A stretch of 64,000 bases of DNA, from NCBI RefSeq assembly GCF_006345805.1, contig NC_043000.1, positions 70,866,001-70,930,000 on the forward strand. Reading direction: 5' to 3'. The translations under genes and the position numbers were made by a program. The stretch is from Octopus sinensis (lineage: Eukaryota). A model generated the notes under the pieces. It did not search any database. It was not told the origin of the DNA and saw only the letters and a program-made list of their open reading frames with translations. How positions within the stretch are numbered: the first letter of the stretch is position 1; each line of letters begins with the position of its first letter. Of this stretch, positions 1 through 12,872 are shown one piece after another.

Positions 1-195
1 AAATACTAGCACTATCTAAACTCAATATAAAGGAGTTATGTTTTGTTAGTGACCAACCTTTCTGTTGCAAAGAGAAAAATCTAAATATTCAAGCCATATT
101 GAATACACACATTTATATACATATAAAAAGAAATGTTAAATGAATATCTAAGAGCAAAGCAAATGTTTAAAAGTAAGTAAACATGCGACACTCAC

Positions 196-238
196 CAAAC
201 GATAATCCTTGTGCAAAGCAAGGCATATCTAACATCTA
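196..238 (-). CDS. Candidate 43-nt internal exon of an unidentified minus-strand gene
   Basis: On the minus strand a pyrimidine tract and acceptor (TTTTTATCTCTCTTATCAG) precede 43 nt ending TG|GTGAGT. Only phase 1 is open (xDVRYALLCTRIIVW). No protein family recognised. Confidence 0.4.
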
Positions 239-649
239 CTGATAAGAGAGATAAAAATAATTCTGTAGTGTCCTATCAGCAGCTCAAAGCAAATTAACTA
301 ATAATCAGATTTCTTCATACTAAAGTTCACATACTTATAAGTGAGTAAGTGACAGATATACATACTGAGAGACAGGACATCAGGAAATGTTTTAATAGCT
401 TGAATCATTTTTAGTAATTTGTTTGAACAGAATATTTCTACAGAATCATATCTATATAAGTACTTCAATCTACACACAGAGCACATAGATGTAAATACAA
501 AATGAATACAGCAGACATGACAGGGAAGTCAATTTCGTTCAAGGCATTGTTAGATTTCAGAATGAGAGCAATGCAATCATAAATTAGTAAACTATCACCA
601 ATTTGTTTTTGTGTGTGTGTGTGTATATTTATTTATTTATTTAAGGAAG

Positions 650-1025
650 AATGTTACGATCGAGAAGGTGAATCACAACGACCTTTTTGTATGCACAGTT
701 TGTGACAGACCAAGCCTTTCTTTTGCTGGGCTCAAATCTCATTTGTGAACCCATGGAAAACGAACCTCCACCAACCATTCTGCCTATATGTCCGTGCATA
801 CTTTTAAATGCAATGTATGCCAGAACGTTTGCAAATCTAACAGAGGCCTTTTAATATCCACAAAGATCAGAGCTTATCTGCAACTCTTGGTGGTCCAAAT
901 CAGATATGCAATCTATGTGGGTGTCTTTTTAAAACATTGTCTGATTTAAAAAGCCACATCAGATGCCATGATGGTTCTAAGGGGTAGGTACAGGAGGTGG
1001 TCAAATTCCATACACACACACACAA
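650..1025 (+). mobile_element. 3' end of an RTE-type LINE with degenerate C-terminal C2H2-like fingers and a (CA)n tail
   Basis: Translation gives FVCTVCDRPSLSFAGLKSHL*TH, CNVCQNVCKSNRGL and CNLCGCLFKTLSDLKSHIRCH, with a stop and a frameshift. This resembles the zinc-finger tail of RTE/BovB-like ORF2. Confidence 0.6.
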
Positions 1026-1767
1026 TTCAATAATGTAAGATGGAAAATATTTTGCAGCAGATAAGGTTATAAATGAACCAATTAAGAAAATATAAAAATA
1101 TGAATTTTAGCACTTTTGATGAAAGTTGATAGTTGAGCAGTCAATTTTAAAAGCAATCCTTATAAATTTCCTTATCTAAGTAAAAATAAATATATTTACC
1201 CTATGCACGTAAGCAAAAGCAGGATATCGTAATCACTTGTCTTTGTGTGTTTGTTGGCAAAATTACTGAAACACAGCTGAATGTATTTTCACCAAATTTG
1301 GCAGAAATACTCATTAGGTGGGTGGCTTGAAATGATGAAAATTTGGTTCAGTTATCTATCTTCAAACATACACAAATACATACATAGATATGCAACTGTG
1401 TGTGCATGTGCAGGTGTGCGTAGTGATGAATTTGAGGGTTTCATTTATTTACAAGTTGATTTCTTAATTTCACCCGAGAATAAATACCGGTAATGGTAAT
1501 ACTTAAAAATATTTTTTTTTTAAATCAAACTTAAAATTTCCCAATAAGCATGTGGTCATATTATTTATATCCTACAATGAACTACAGTACATTTGATTCA
1601 CCTGCCATCATTGAAAGATGTTCAAAACACTTCTTAAATTCTATACAATATTTTCTGTAAGTATTTCATTTGTTCCCTTTCTTTTTCATATGAATCAACC
1701 CTCATCTGCATGTGTATAGATCATGGTATACCTATGCGTGTAGACATGTGGGTACATATATGCATAC

Positions 1768-2072
1768 ATGTCTGTTGTATTCATTTGCTATTTACATCTA
1801 TGTGCTCTGTGTGTAGACTGGATTCTGTAGAAATATTCTGCTCAAACAAATTACTAAAAATGATTCAAGCTATTAAAACATTTCCTGATGTCCTGTCTCT
1901 CAGTATGTATATCTGTCACTTACTCATAAGTATATGAATTTTTGTATGAAGAAATCTGATTATTAGTTATTTGCTAATAGGACACTACAGAATTATTTTT
2001 ATCTCTCTTATCAGTAGATGTTAGATATGCCTTGCTTTGCACAAGGATTATGATTTGGTGAGTATCACATGA
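1768..2072 (+). repeat. Inverted duplicate of 182-519, including a full copy of the 43-nt exon (2015-2057) with both splice sites
   Basis: Direct reverse-complement alignment: about 300 bp, high identity, a few short deletions in this copy. Confidence 0.9.
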
Positions 2073-2174
2073 TCTTTCTCCAGCTGAGTAACCTTGTAGT
2101 TCCTCTTCAGCAAGACACCTATATCTGTCTCACTATAACCTTTTCATCATTACCTCCTCAGTTTTTGTCAAGCA

Positions 2175-2482
2175 TGTACTTGGTGACCCTGTCAGTGCAG
2201 GTGCCACTTAAAAGCATCCAGTCTATACTGTAAAGTGGTTGGTGTTTGGAAGGGTATCCAGCTGTAAAAACCTTGCTAAAACTGACCTCACCTGTGCTTG
2301 TGTCACATAAAGAACATTAAGACCATTCTGCTGAGTAGTTGGTGTTAGGAAGGACGCCCAGCTGTAAAAAATCCTGCTATTACAGTCACAGAAGTCCAGT
2401 GCAAGCTTTGGCCTGGCCGGCTCTTGTGGTACTGACCCACCCATGCTAGCATGGAACATGGACGTTAAATGGTGATGATGAT
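2175..2482 (+). mobile_element. RTE-type LINE/SINE 3' UTR fragment
   Basis: Motifs GTGGTTGGYGTTAGGAAGG..CCAGCTGTA and CCCATGCTAGCATGGAA..GACGTTAAA(TGA)n are shared with copies at about 30.0, 31.8, 39.5 and 47.5 kb. Confidence 0.75.
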
Positions 2483-3732
2483 ACATAAATATGAAACTGT
2501 GTGTGTGTGTATACAGTGATGGATTCAGGGGTTTCAATCATTTATGAGCTGATTTCTTAATTTCACCATTCTTAGGCTACTAACCCTCTTTTAGTCAAAC
2601 ACTTACAAAGCTTAATTCAGTTCAATTAAAAAGCATAGGTAAGGAACGCATTGTAAGCTACACTATATTTTGCAAAAAAATTTATCTGCGTGCAGGGTAT
2701 GCATTGCCCCTCCGATGCCTTTTTTTTCATTTTCTTTCAACACATAAAATGACTGAAAGGAAAACGTGAAGACTCATAACTATTTCATGAGTAATTAACA
2801 TAGGTGAAATCAAAAGTATTGGCTGTGATTTACAAATGTTTCTCAGAAGACAGAAACATTTAAATGACTACAAAAAAAATTGCAGTTTTTACCAAATTAA
2901 ATTGCTATTAACTATCAAATACTCTCAGTGCTTCTAGGAATAAATATCTCCAAAAACACCCTGCAATGAGGATGTTATGAATTTATATAATTTGTATATA
3001 CAACCCATCATTATTGACTGACATAAAAAAAAAAATCTGATTATTGAACTATCACAGCTGATTGAAAAAATATACTTTCACCCCTTTATTTACTTATTTT
3101 ATTATATATGTATATCTAAGTATTTCATTCAATATTTCATGTTGCTTCAGTTCACTCAGCTGTTGAAATGATTTATGACATCACTGGTGCCAAGCTGGAT
3201 CAGCCTTTGCTTTTACCTTGGAAAACATTAGTGTTGTCGAGAGGGAAGGCTAGTATGCATGGGCAACTTGTGCCTTGGAGGTTAACTTTCTAGGTGCTAA
3301 CTTTCTAGAAGGTTAACATGGTCGTTCATGAATGACAGGGGTCTTTACCCTTTTTTACCAAGATCACCACACAGCACACTAAAAGCTGCAATCTATCCAC
3401 AGTGAAATCCTTACAAGTGCCTCTGATTTTTCATGGTGGCCATATACCTGTAATACGACCACTTTTGCTTTCAACATTTTGAAACATCAATAATATTGCC
3501 AAATTTTGATTTTGAAAGATTAAGTTTTCTGCTCAGGCTGAAAATACAGTCCCATTCAGCTCTGAACAGTTGCGAAGTCATTATAAATTATTACAACATT
3601 ACTTCCTGCTCTTTTTAACTAGCAAGTTATGTAGCCTCTACATCCAAGTCTACTTAACGTGCATGCCTTTATTCCATCTATCAGACTTACTGTTTTACGC
3701 TCCATACCCCATATTTTATGCAAGACTATGTA

Positions 3733-4300
3733 CAGGGTGATGAAGCAAAACTTGCAAAATTGCTGTAACATTTGAAACTCTCTCAATGAGCATCAATAGG
3801 TTAAGTAATTCACAAATATGTTAATAGCATTCACATATAATTACAAAAGAATGATTTATTCTATGTGGCATCCACTGTTTGCAATAACAGCTTTCACATG
3901 GCCCCAGAACCCTGCACAACTCTTCATCACAAAGTCACTGGACATCCTGGCCCATTCATCATTGATGGCAAGCTTCAGAGAGTTGATGTTGGGGTGGGAG
4001 GCTTTGTTGGCGGTATGCTCCAAAATGTCCCACATAGCATAGTCCAGAGGGTTGAGACCCAGGCTGGAAGAGGGCCAGAAGTCCACAGGCAAGAAAGCAG
4101 CAAAGCTGGATTAGCAGAAATTCTATACCTTCTTGGCAGTATGGCTGGGAGCACCATCCTGGGTCCACACAGAGTTGCCTTCTGGATAGTTGGCCTTGAG
4201 CCATGGCAAGGCATGGTATCTCAGCGTCTTGTAGCAGATGTCAGCACCTACCCATCTTCCTTCCATTGAAGGCCACAATACCAAAGGCCATGACCTAGGC
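3733..4300 (-). mobile_element. Tc1/mariner (maT/DD37D-like) transposase 3' fragment with TIR
   Basis: QDGAPSH motif and FWPSSSLGLNPLDYAMW (WPPSSPDLNPLDY-like), frameshifted. TA|CAGGGTG terminus at 3731-3739. Confidence 0.85.
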
Positions 4301-4379
4301 TGGATGTTTTGCTATGAATGTGCCCCTGACATCAGCTGTTGACTCTGCAATGTACCAATCATTTCTGTGGCCCACAGAA

Positions 4380-5002
4380 TGTAGTAGATAACAGCTAGCC
4401 TTTGGCTGCATTTTGCACCCTGTTGTGTCCACTACTCTGATTGGTTGGTATTGGCGCAATTTGTCTGTTACTCTATTGTGCCAATATGCAGCGTATAACC
4501 AATCAAAGCCCCTAAATAAGGTCATGTGTGACAGCCTCTTCTCAACTCAGTTTTGAGCCTACAACTCCTTATAAAAACCCAGCTTCTCATCTCGATGTCT
4601 TTCGGTTCCAGACCTTTTAAGGTCTAGCCACTGACCACACAAGACACAGCCACGTTGAGACTCACCCACTTCATCCAACAGCATTCAGCAACCTCCATCT
4701 CCGTCGCCACCATCATCCTAATGTCAACATCTCTACATACACAACTCAACAAGCAACTCACCCAGGTTCCAACACTCCAATGTTCGTGAATTACTTTGCC
4801 AAGGACCAACAGCGAATATACAACCTGCGAGAACTCCTGTACCAAGTGATCAAGGCAGCAGCATCACAGCCTCAACTTCACATACGACATGTACCACTCC
4901 GGCTCTGCATCATCACTGCAACTTCTTGATACAGTATTTCAACTATCGTGTACAATTGACTACAAACTGGTATTTATCATTCTTGCATCTATGAACTTAC
5001 TC
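4380..5002 (+). repeat. LTR-like direct repeat, copy 1 (623 bp)
   Basis: Appears identical to 6783-7405 (offset 2403). Starts with TG and contains CCAAT boxes and TATAAAA. Confidence 0.85.
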
Positions 5003-6782
5003 TTAACCTTTACTGCCTTGTAACTGCTTCATTCCAATACTTTACTGATATATAGTAGTTAAAATGGCAATATCAAAGAAGCAAAAGGAAATCTTGTTTA
5101 TAAGTGAAGAGAAGAAAAAAGTAGGAGAAATAATATTCTTGATAATTTAATATAGATAGGTTTATGAAAATCTAGGACAACTTCAATTGGTTGTTGACAA
5201 ACACCCTAAGTGAGTTTTTAAGTATACTTATCAGATAATACTTTGCAATTGAAGGACTTACAGTATCTACGTTTATCCTGGATACTCAATTATGTTATGG
5301 CATTGTTCAAGTATAAACAAAATAGAGTTTACAGTCTAAATCATTTAAAATGTTAAAATAACTAATGAGAAACAACACCTGTGTTCATTGACTGAGAAGC
5401 CTCTGAATACACCTGGCAATTATAGGGTTTACAAAATAAACTTTAATTCTTGAATCCGGAATTATAAAAGAAAAATGTTGATTTAGTAAATTTCCATTTT
5501 TTATATTATGACATCCAATTCTTTGTAAGTAAAGGGGAAAAGAACATTCAAAAATTTTTACTTAATTATTAAGAGACTAGCATCATATTAATGTCCATCT
5601 AATCATAACACACAATTGAGCACACTCCTTTTACAAAAGTGTTATATTTCTAAAAGTACTCATAGAACATATATAGCACAGTTTCCTTTATACAAGAGTA
5701 AAATACAAAAATACACCAGTAGTTAACTGCACAAAGATGTAGACTATAAATGAATGAATTCTAGATAAGGAAAATTTTCAAGTCTCACTCTAAAACAATT
5801 TTAGGATTATATTCTATTAGGGTTGAAAAAAAAAACAATCATATGCTCTGACCGTTACATAATTTTCCTTAAATGCTATCTATTAAGCCTGCATCTCTAC
5901 ACCTAATAAGAGTTAGTATCAGCCCAATCTATACGATCTAATGATTTATTTTGTATATTGACTGATATAAAATATCTGACTTAAAGATGACTGGATCTTA
6001 CTGCACCCAAATTGAGGAGACCCAAAATAAGAAATCATGATCATGCATCTATGAGAACCTACATGTTCTCTTGGGGATTATAGCACAAAATTTTAGAGCC
6101 AAATCAAAAATATTTTCATATAAAAAATGGGTTATTCCTGATTCTGTAAGATGTTGCATAATTTTTCAAAATACTATTCAAAACAAACCATATGGTTTTT
6201 GTGCTAAAATCAATAAAACCTCCATAAAACTTATTCTGTCTTCACTACAAAATATATAACTCATTCTCGATTTCTTTTCACCAAACCTCATATTTCCCAT
6301 TGTGATTTTTCTGCTTAAGCCTCTTGATAGTTTCAATAAGCATTAAATGGCTTCAGAATCACTCTACATCAACCAAACTTCTACTATTCCTCCCCTATCC
6401 ACATGTTAAAAAGTTACAGCATCATCCAAAGAATACTAACCCTCACACTCAATCCAAATATATATTTAAAAAATACACATACAAAACTGTAGCAGCCTCA
6501 CTAACCTCCTTAGCTTCAATCACTGTCATGAGAGTTATAATACCAATGATACAAAGTATAACAAATGTCATATTTCAACTGTCTACTTTAGTGACCTTTG
6601 CTATGGTCACAAGAAACTACTGGTACACAAACCAAGGGAGCCTCTATGCAGTGACTGGACCTGCAAGATATGACAGTATTATCTCCCTTAGATCCCACTC
6701 TACTATCTTAAACAAGACTTCATTAGATAACAGTGTAGCATACACACAAGTGAATTTCCTCTCTATTATATATACATACAAA

Positions 6783-7568
6783 TGTAGTAGATAACAGCTA
6801 GCCTTTGGCTGCATTTTGCACCCTGTTGTGTCCACTACTCTGATTGGTTGGTATTGGCGCAATTTGTCTGTTACTCTATTGTGCCAATATGCAGCGTATA
6901 ACCAATCAAAGCCCCTAAATAAGGTCATGTGTGACAGCCTCTTCTCAACTCAGTTTTGAGCCTACAACTCCTTATAAAAACCCAGCTTCTCATCTCGATG
7001 TCTTTCGGTTCCAGACCTTTTAAGGTCTAGCCACTGACCACACAAGACACAGCCACGTTGAGACTCACCCACTTCATCCAACAGCATTCAGCAACCTCCA
7101 TCTCCGTCGCCACCATCATCCTAATGTCAACATCTCTACATACACAACTCAACAAGCAACTCACCCAGGTTCCAACACTCCAATGTTCGTGAATTACTTT
7201 GCCAAGGACCAACAGCGAATATACAACCTGCGAGAACTCCTGTACCAAGTGATCAAGGCAGCAGCATCACAGCCTCAACTTCACATACGACATGTACCAC
7301 TCCGGCTCTGCATCATCACTGCAACTTCTTGATACAGTATTTCAACTATCGTGTACAATTGACTACAAACTGGTATTTATCATTCTTGCATCTATGAACT
7401 TACTCCTCACTTCGATGGCTATAGACTTTCACTGTCTCTTCTTCATTGCCATCCTTTTATGTTCTTAACATGCATACATCGTTCTTATGACAGCCTGTCT
7501 ATTATTCTGTATATATGATGCACACACAATCACACATGTTAACCTATCAATAAATCTTCTCTTAAACA
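6783..7568 (+). repeat. LTR-like direct repeat, copy 2; possibly extends to AATAAA...CA at 7568
   Basis: 6783-7405 matches copy 1. A unique extension contains AATAAA and ends TTAAACA. No TSD, PBS or PPT found. Confidence 0.6.
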
Positions 7569-8199
7569 TTCTACCCAGTTGTGTCTATTTTTTCCTTTTG
7601 GCACATATATGCATTATTCTATTTATATTTATTGTATTGACTGTGTGTTGTACTAAGGAGCCATTTTTGTCACCTCGCTTTGCACGGACGTTATGAATTG
7701 GTGACCTGTTCCGGCTCCTTGAATGGGAGGAGATACTCCACAGGTATCATAAACCTTCCATTCCATTATAACAGCATTAGATGCACAATGACTAAATAAA
7801 AATGAGATGGTAATGGATGGATTGCTCTTGATCATCAGTCTACCAGTGTACCATAGAAAAAAAAAACTTGTAGCAATTCTTTAGAATTGTTAGGAATGCC
7901 AATAGTGACATCTGTGGTAGACTATTTCGTTACAATTATTTTTGTTTAAGATTGATTAATTACAGCATAGAAACAGTTAAAATACAATTGTTAATGTAAT
8001 TTCAATAATTAAAAATACTGTTTTACCATCCTTCCAGAAGACTACGATTGCTAATAATTGTTTTTAACATTGCTTTCATAAGACATCTTGTGTATGAATC
8101 TTTTAGTTTTGAAAAGTTCTGCTCTCATTTCTGTTTAACATATAACAGCTACACTTCTGACATAAAGGATACATTTTACTTGAAATACCTAAAATTATT

Positions 8200-8540
8200 A
8201 CCTTTTACTTGTTTCAGTCATTAGATTGCAGCAATGATCGGGTGCTGCCTTGAAGATTTTTTAATCTAAAGAATTGACCACGGTACTTTTTTTTTAAGCC
8301 TGGCACTTATTCTATCAAACTCTTTTGCTGAACCACTAAGTTACAGAGAAATATAAACACCAACACCAGTTGTCAAGTGGTGATGGGAGACAAACACAAA
8401 CTCAAAGGTGCACACACACACACATGATGGGCTTCTTTCAGTTTCCATCAACTAAATCCACTCACAAGTAAGAGCCACTTGCCCAAGGTGTCACACAGTG
8501 AAACTAAAACTGAAACCACATGGTAGAAAAGCAATATTCT
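8200..8540 (-). mobile_element. Diverged tRNA-derived SINE (family A)
   Basis: Reverse-complement match to the full-length copy at 37417-37805. Confidence 0.8.
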
Positions 8541-8619
8541 ATGCATGCATCTTTATAATATATATTCTTTTCTTTTATTTGTTTCAGTCATTTAACAGCA
8601 GTCATGCTGGAGCACCACC

Positions 8620-8659
<40 letters not shown>

Positions 8660-9644
8660 GGTAAAATTTTATTTCACTAAACAATTTTCTATAGGAGGTC
8701 AGTTAGCACCATATCTAATAAAATGTTGAACTGAATGGCCTATAATATCTAAATATATTTTTTTAATTTAAAATCTACACTTCAACCATGGCTATGGCTT
8801 TTGTGCAGAAGTTAGAAATCAATCATCTGCATGATTAATTTAAGAATATAAAGATGAAAATTGCAAATTAATTTTTCTTTAGCTTAAAACAAAATAAGGA
8901 AAATACTTTATAAAAAATATTCAACTGAATATTACCACCATCATCATTTTTCCATGCTGGCATGGATTGGACAGGTCTATTTCAGCAAAGTATTGCCACT
9001 AATGGTTCTTTATCATCTCTTTTGTGAGAGTCAATATTCTGAAATCAGCCCTAACCACTGATGCCCCTTTTATGTGTTGTCTGATACTTTTAATCCAACT
9101 ATCATTCTTCATGTGTAGTACATATCTATATTTGCATACTACAGCTAATGCCTTCAATAGCAACCTATTCATGCTTACCTATGTAGCAGAAATATTTGGC
9201 AGTCACAAACACCTAGGAATCAAAACTGGATTGCTAAGTTATTGGCACTTAGAACAGACATAGCACTAAGACAGATTACAGAGGCCACACAATAGAAAAT
9301 AGACTGAGCCTCAAAAGAAAACATGAATGGAGTAGTAACACCACCAGGATTTGTGTTGGAGATCAGTGATGTCAGCAGTCAATCTGATCTCTAACAGAAA
9401 TCAATGTATTGGCACAAATGCAATTTGCCCAACTATTGATCATATCACCAAAGAAACTGAGCGCTTGGACATCTGATAAACCAGATATGATTAGCAAGCA
9501 GTTTTTTGCACAGACAAACTATAAACAGAGCTTTTTCACCACTAGCAAGTAGTGGATCCTGTCATGCTGCTAGATACAACCACTCACCTTCTGGTCTCAT
9601 TATTGCTGTGAATACATGTTCAGTCGTTTGTAGTAACAATAACA

Positions 9645-10793
9645 TCTCTTATTATAAAAGGCAGATTTTATCTGCCTCCCTTTGGGAGTTATACAAATCT
9701 ACAATATAGGATTTCTTCAATTACAATTTACCTAGCATTTTTAAGAGTACAACGCATCGCGTCATGCCAGGTCCAGTTTTTAAAATTTAAACTCCAATTA
9801 AGCAAAATTTACAGAAAACTCACATTCTGGTGTGTGTGTCAAATGCTTTTCTTAGTCTGGTTTACAGCACACGCAAACGCACACACACAGTGGGCAACGA
9901 ATAAAGTGAAACTAGATGTAATATTTGTTTCTCTCTATCATGCTGATAGATACATGAGTAAAATGTATGGGAAGCTAACAGATAAGAGTGAGTGAAAATG
10001 TTCTTGGAAGAGAGTAAATTAGCGACAGTATGAAACAGTGTTTATGTATAAACAGACGACACTTATATAAACCCTTTCGTTACCAAACCGCCCGAATTTA
10101 CCTATTCATATTTAAATGAGAATATCAGAGTAAATCTCTTTAGTACATTCGTGAAAACACGTATTATACTTCGTAAACACTTCAAATACAGTTTTGTACA
10201 AAAATCGAAGTGTAATTTTAATTCCGTGAATTATGGGAGATTTTTTTCCAAAATTTGTTCCTATTGTGTTTTCAAAATTTGTAATTCTGACAAAAAATGG
10301 ATACGAATTTCATTATATCAAGCAGCGAGTCAGAATTCGAAGGATTTTCTACTGAAGACCTTCATAAATCTAACTCTATGACTGAAAAAAAAAACCATCT
10401 TTATATAAGAGTGAAGTTGTGTGTCTGTCCCGTTCAATTTAGATTCGTAACTACTCCCACATTTTGCGGTGCAGTTTAACCAAAAGCGGGTATCTTATAG
10501 TCGTGATTCATATCAAGCCCTTGTGGGTATTAGCGCGCGTCTACGATGAGTCTACGATTTTAAAAAAATTTACCATCATATTTTTCCATTTTAATGCATT
10601 TTTTTCGCTTTTATATAAGGGAAGTAACTCTCTAAAAATATCTACGATGTGTCAACGATTTAAAAAAAAAATTTACCTTAATTTTTTTTCAATTTTTAAT
10701 GCATTTTTTTGCTATTTTTTGGCTATAACTCTCTAAAAATGCTTATATAGTTATTTCCCTTACAACCCGAGCAACGCCGGGCGATACTGCTAG
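9645..10793 (+). mobile_element. Composite non-autonomous Helitron
   Basis: A|TC 5' end, 3' hairpin CCCGAGCAACGCCGGG followed by CTAG|T, and a second internal 5'-like end (TCTTTATATAAGAG) at 10398. Near-identical inverted copy at 59794-60966. Confidence 0.85.
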
Positions 10794-10952
10794 TTTGTTA
10801 ATAAAAGTAAATATTTTTACACTCATGTATTTGTTTCACAAGATTCTTGATGTGAAATTGTGTGTTGAGATAGATACTGTCACATTTGGGGATGGTAATA
10901 TTTTTTGCCCATAAACACACACACTATTTATTTGATCTTCACTTTATTATTA

Positions 10953-11180
10953 AGACAGCGAGCTGGTAAAATCATTAGCATGCTGGGCAAAATGCTTAGC
11001 AGTATTTTGTCTGTCACTACATTCCGAGTTCAAATTCCACCAAGGTCAACTTTGCCTTTCATCCTTTCTGGGTCAATAAATTAAGTACCAGTGAAACACT
11101 AGGGGTCGATGTGATCAACTAGTTCCCTCCCCACAAAGTTGAGGCCTTGTGTCTCCAGTAGAAAGGATTATTATTATATT
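10953..11180 (+). mobile_element. tRNA-derived SINE (family B, Deu/Nin-like core)
   Basis: A/B-box-like head (GAGTTCAAATTCC), core GCCTTTCATCCTTT..GGTC.ATAAATTAAGTACC and (ATT)n tail. The core assignment is from recall. Confidence 0.7.
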
Positions 11181-11399
11181 ATCATTATTATTTATATTTG
11201 TCAGAGTTCTTTTGTCACACATTCTGTGACCTATTCAATGACTTTCTGTTCCTTATGTCCCCCCCTTCTCTCTTGTCCTGTCTATTCCAAGTTGTCCTTC
11301 TGTGGTATGTATCCCTATCTGCACGTGTGTTTACATCTGTATTGGTGTGTGTCTATGTGTATGCATGTATATGGGTTTGTATATTACAGTTTGTTCCCA

Positions 11400-11740
11400 T
11401 GACATATTTTTTTCTTATTCTGTCTTTAGTAGTCAGCTTGTGGAATGTGGCATAGTGAGGGTTGGTGGTGTTACTACTCCATGTTTTCTTTTGAGGCTCA
11501 GTCCATTGTCTATTGTGTGGCCTCTGTAATCTGTCTTAGTAATGTGTCTGTTCTAAGTGCCAATAAGATCCTAATATCTATGTTATTTACCGAGCCTTCA
11601 TGTTCTAGTTTAGCACTGATGAGCTTTTTCCTCAAATTCTTGCCAGTGTTCACTTATCGTCTCATCTATGCTATAGGCTGTTTCTCCAATGTATGTTGTT
11701 CTGTTTCTGTACACCTATAGATTGCATTCCAAATTTTGCA
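11400..11740 (-). mobile_element. Penelope-like GIY-YIG remnant
   Basis: Minus strand reads YIGETAYSIDETISEH (YIGET..EH motif), followed by stops. A fragment is present in inverted orientation at 9239-9346. Confidence 0.55.
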
Positions 11741-12689
11741 GTTTATTTTTCATTTAAAATCTCAAGATGTTAAACAGTGATGGTGATGATGAACAAGTGA
11801 TAACACCTCATTTCCTTCTAGATTTCATATACTGTCCATATTCAAAACCCATATCTCACTACCTTACATCATACCTCTGTTTGCAATAAAGGGAAAAATG
11901 GTACAGCTCCTGGAATTCTTTCCATCACATCATTGTATCTGCTGTGCTTTCACAATACCTGCCTCCACTACTAATTAGGTCACCTAGATAAACTGCCAAC
12001 TACTACTTGCAAGTCTATTGGATTGTTGATAAATTTTATTTCTTGTCAAATATTGCAGGTAAATCTATTAATTGACTGTAAGTAAAGATAAATGACCAAG
12101 TGGATATAGAATCAAATTAAATGTAGGTAATTCATTATACCTCTATAACAACCCAACTTTCTCAGAAGCCATTATCATCAATGGTTTCAATGCATAAAGC
12201 TTTACTGGGCCCCTTCTATACCAGTGACAGAAAGGACGACTCATTTGCTATGTTTGATTGTCCAAAATAGTTAATCATCCCCTACCTGTAACCCTGTTCA
12301 ACAGACTGGTTCTCCAAACACTCTTAACCTTTCTCACCGCCAAATACACTGGAGTCACCCATTACAATGTTATCAAAGAGTCAGACCTTACAGCTTTCCA
12401 TTACACAAAACTTCCAACTTCTAACTGTCCTGGTACTTCAAGCAGATGAGGAAGTCTATGTGACTGTTGAACATGCTAGAAATGGTAGACAAATCTCTGT
12501 TCAACTTCACTCAACCATCCTAAAGAGGGATGCAGATATTGGATAATACAGTCCTAGATATAATACACTGTCAGTTACAACAAGGGTTCCAGTTGATCTA
12601 ATCAACACAACAGCCACATGAAATTAACATGCATGTAGCTGAGCACTCCATAGACACGTGTACCCTTAATGTAGTTCTCAGGGAGATTC

Positions 12690-12872
12690 AGTGTGATGCA
12701 GAGTGTAACAAAGCTGGTGACAATACAGATACTACTCATTTTTGCCAGCTGAGTGGACTGGAGCAACATGAAATGAAGTGTCTTGCTCAAGGACACAACA
12801 CATTGCTGAGAATTGACCTTGTGACCTGAAAATTGTGAGCCAAATACCCTAACCACTAAGCCATGTGCTTTC
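12690..12872 (-). mobile_element. tRNA-derived SINE (family C)
   Basis: Body CAGCTGAGTGGACTGGAGCAACATGAAATGAAGTGTCTTGCTCAAGGACACAAC followed by the reverse complement of a tRNA-like head. Confidence 0.7.

Noticed and set aside
680-990. C2H2 zinc-finger gene fragment
   Set aside because: It has an in-frame stop and a frameshift, plus a 3' UTR with a (CA)n tail. It fits the C-terminus of an RTE-type LINE better.
4380-7568. LTRs belonging to the Gypsy element at 13965-17860
   Set aside because: Both repeats lie on one side of the Gypsy coding region and share no visible similarity with its PBS-adjacent sequence.
9588-9605. Possible 18-nt phase-1 microexon on the minus strand (CAG|CAATAATGAGACCAGAAG|GTGAGT)
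   Set aside because: The frame is compatible with the two candidate exons and the donor is strong, but the pyrimidine tract is weak and such matches arise by chance in 25 kb. It needs RNA-seq.
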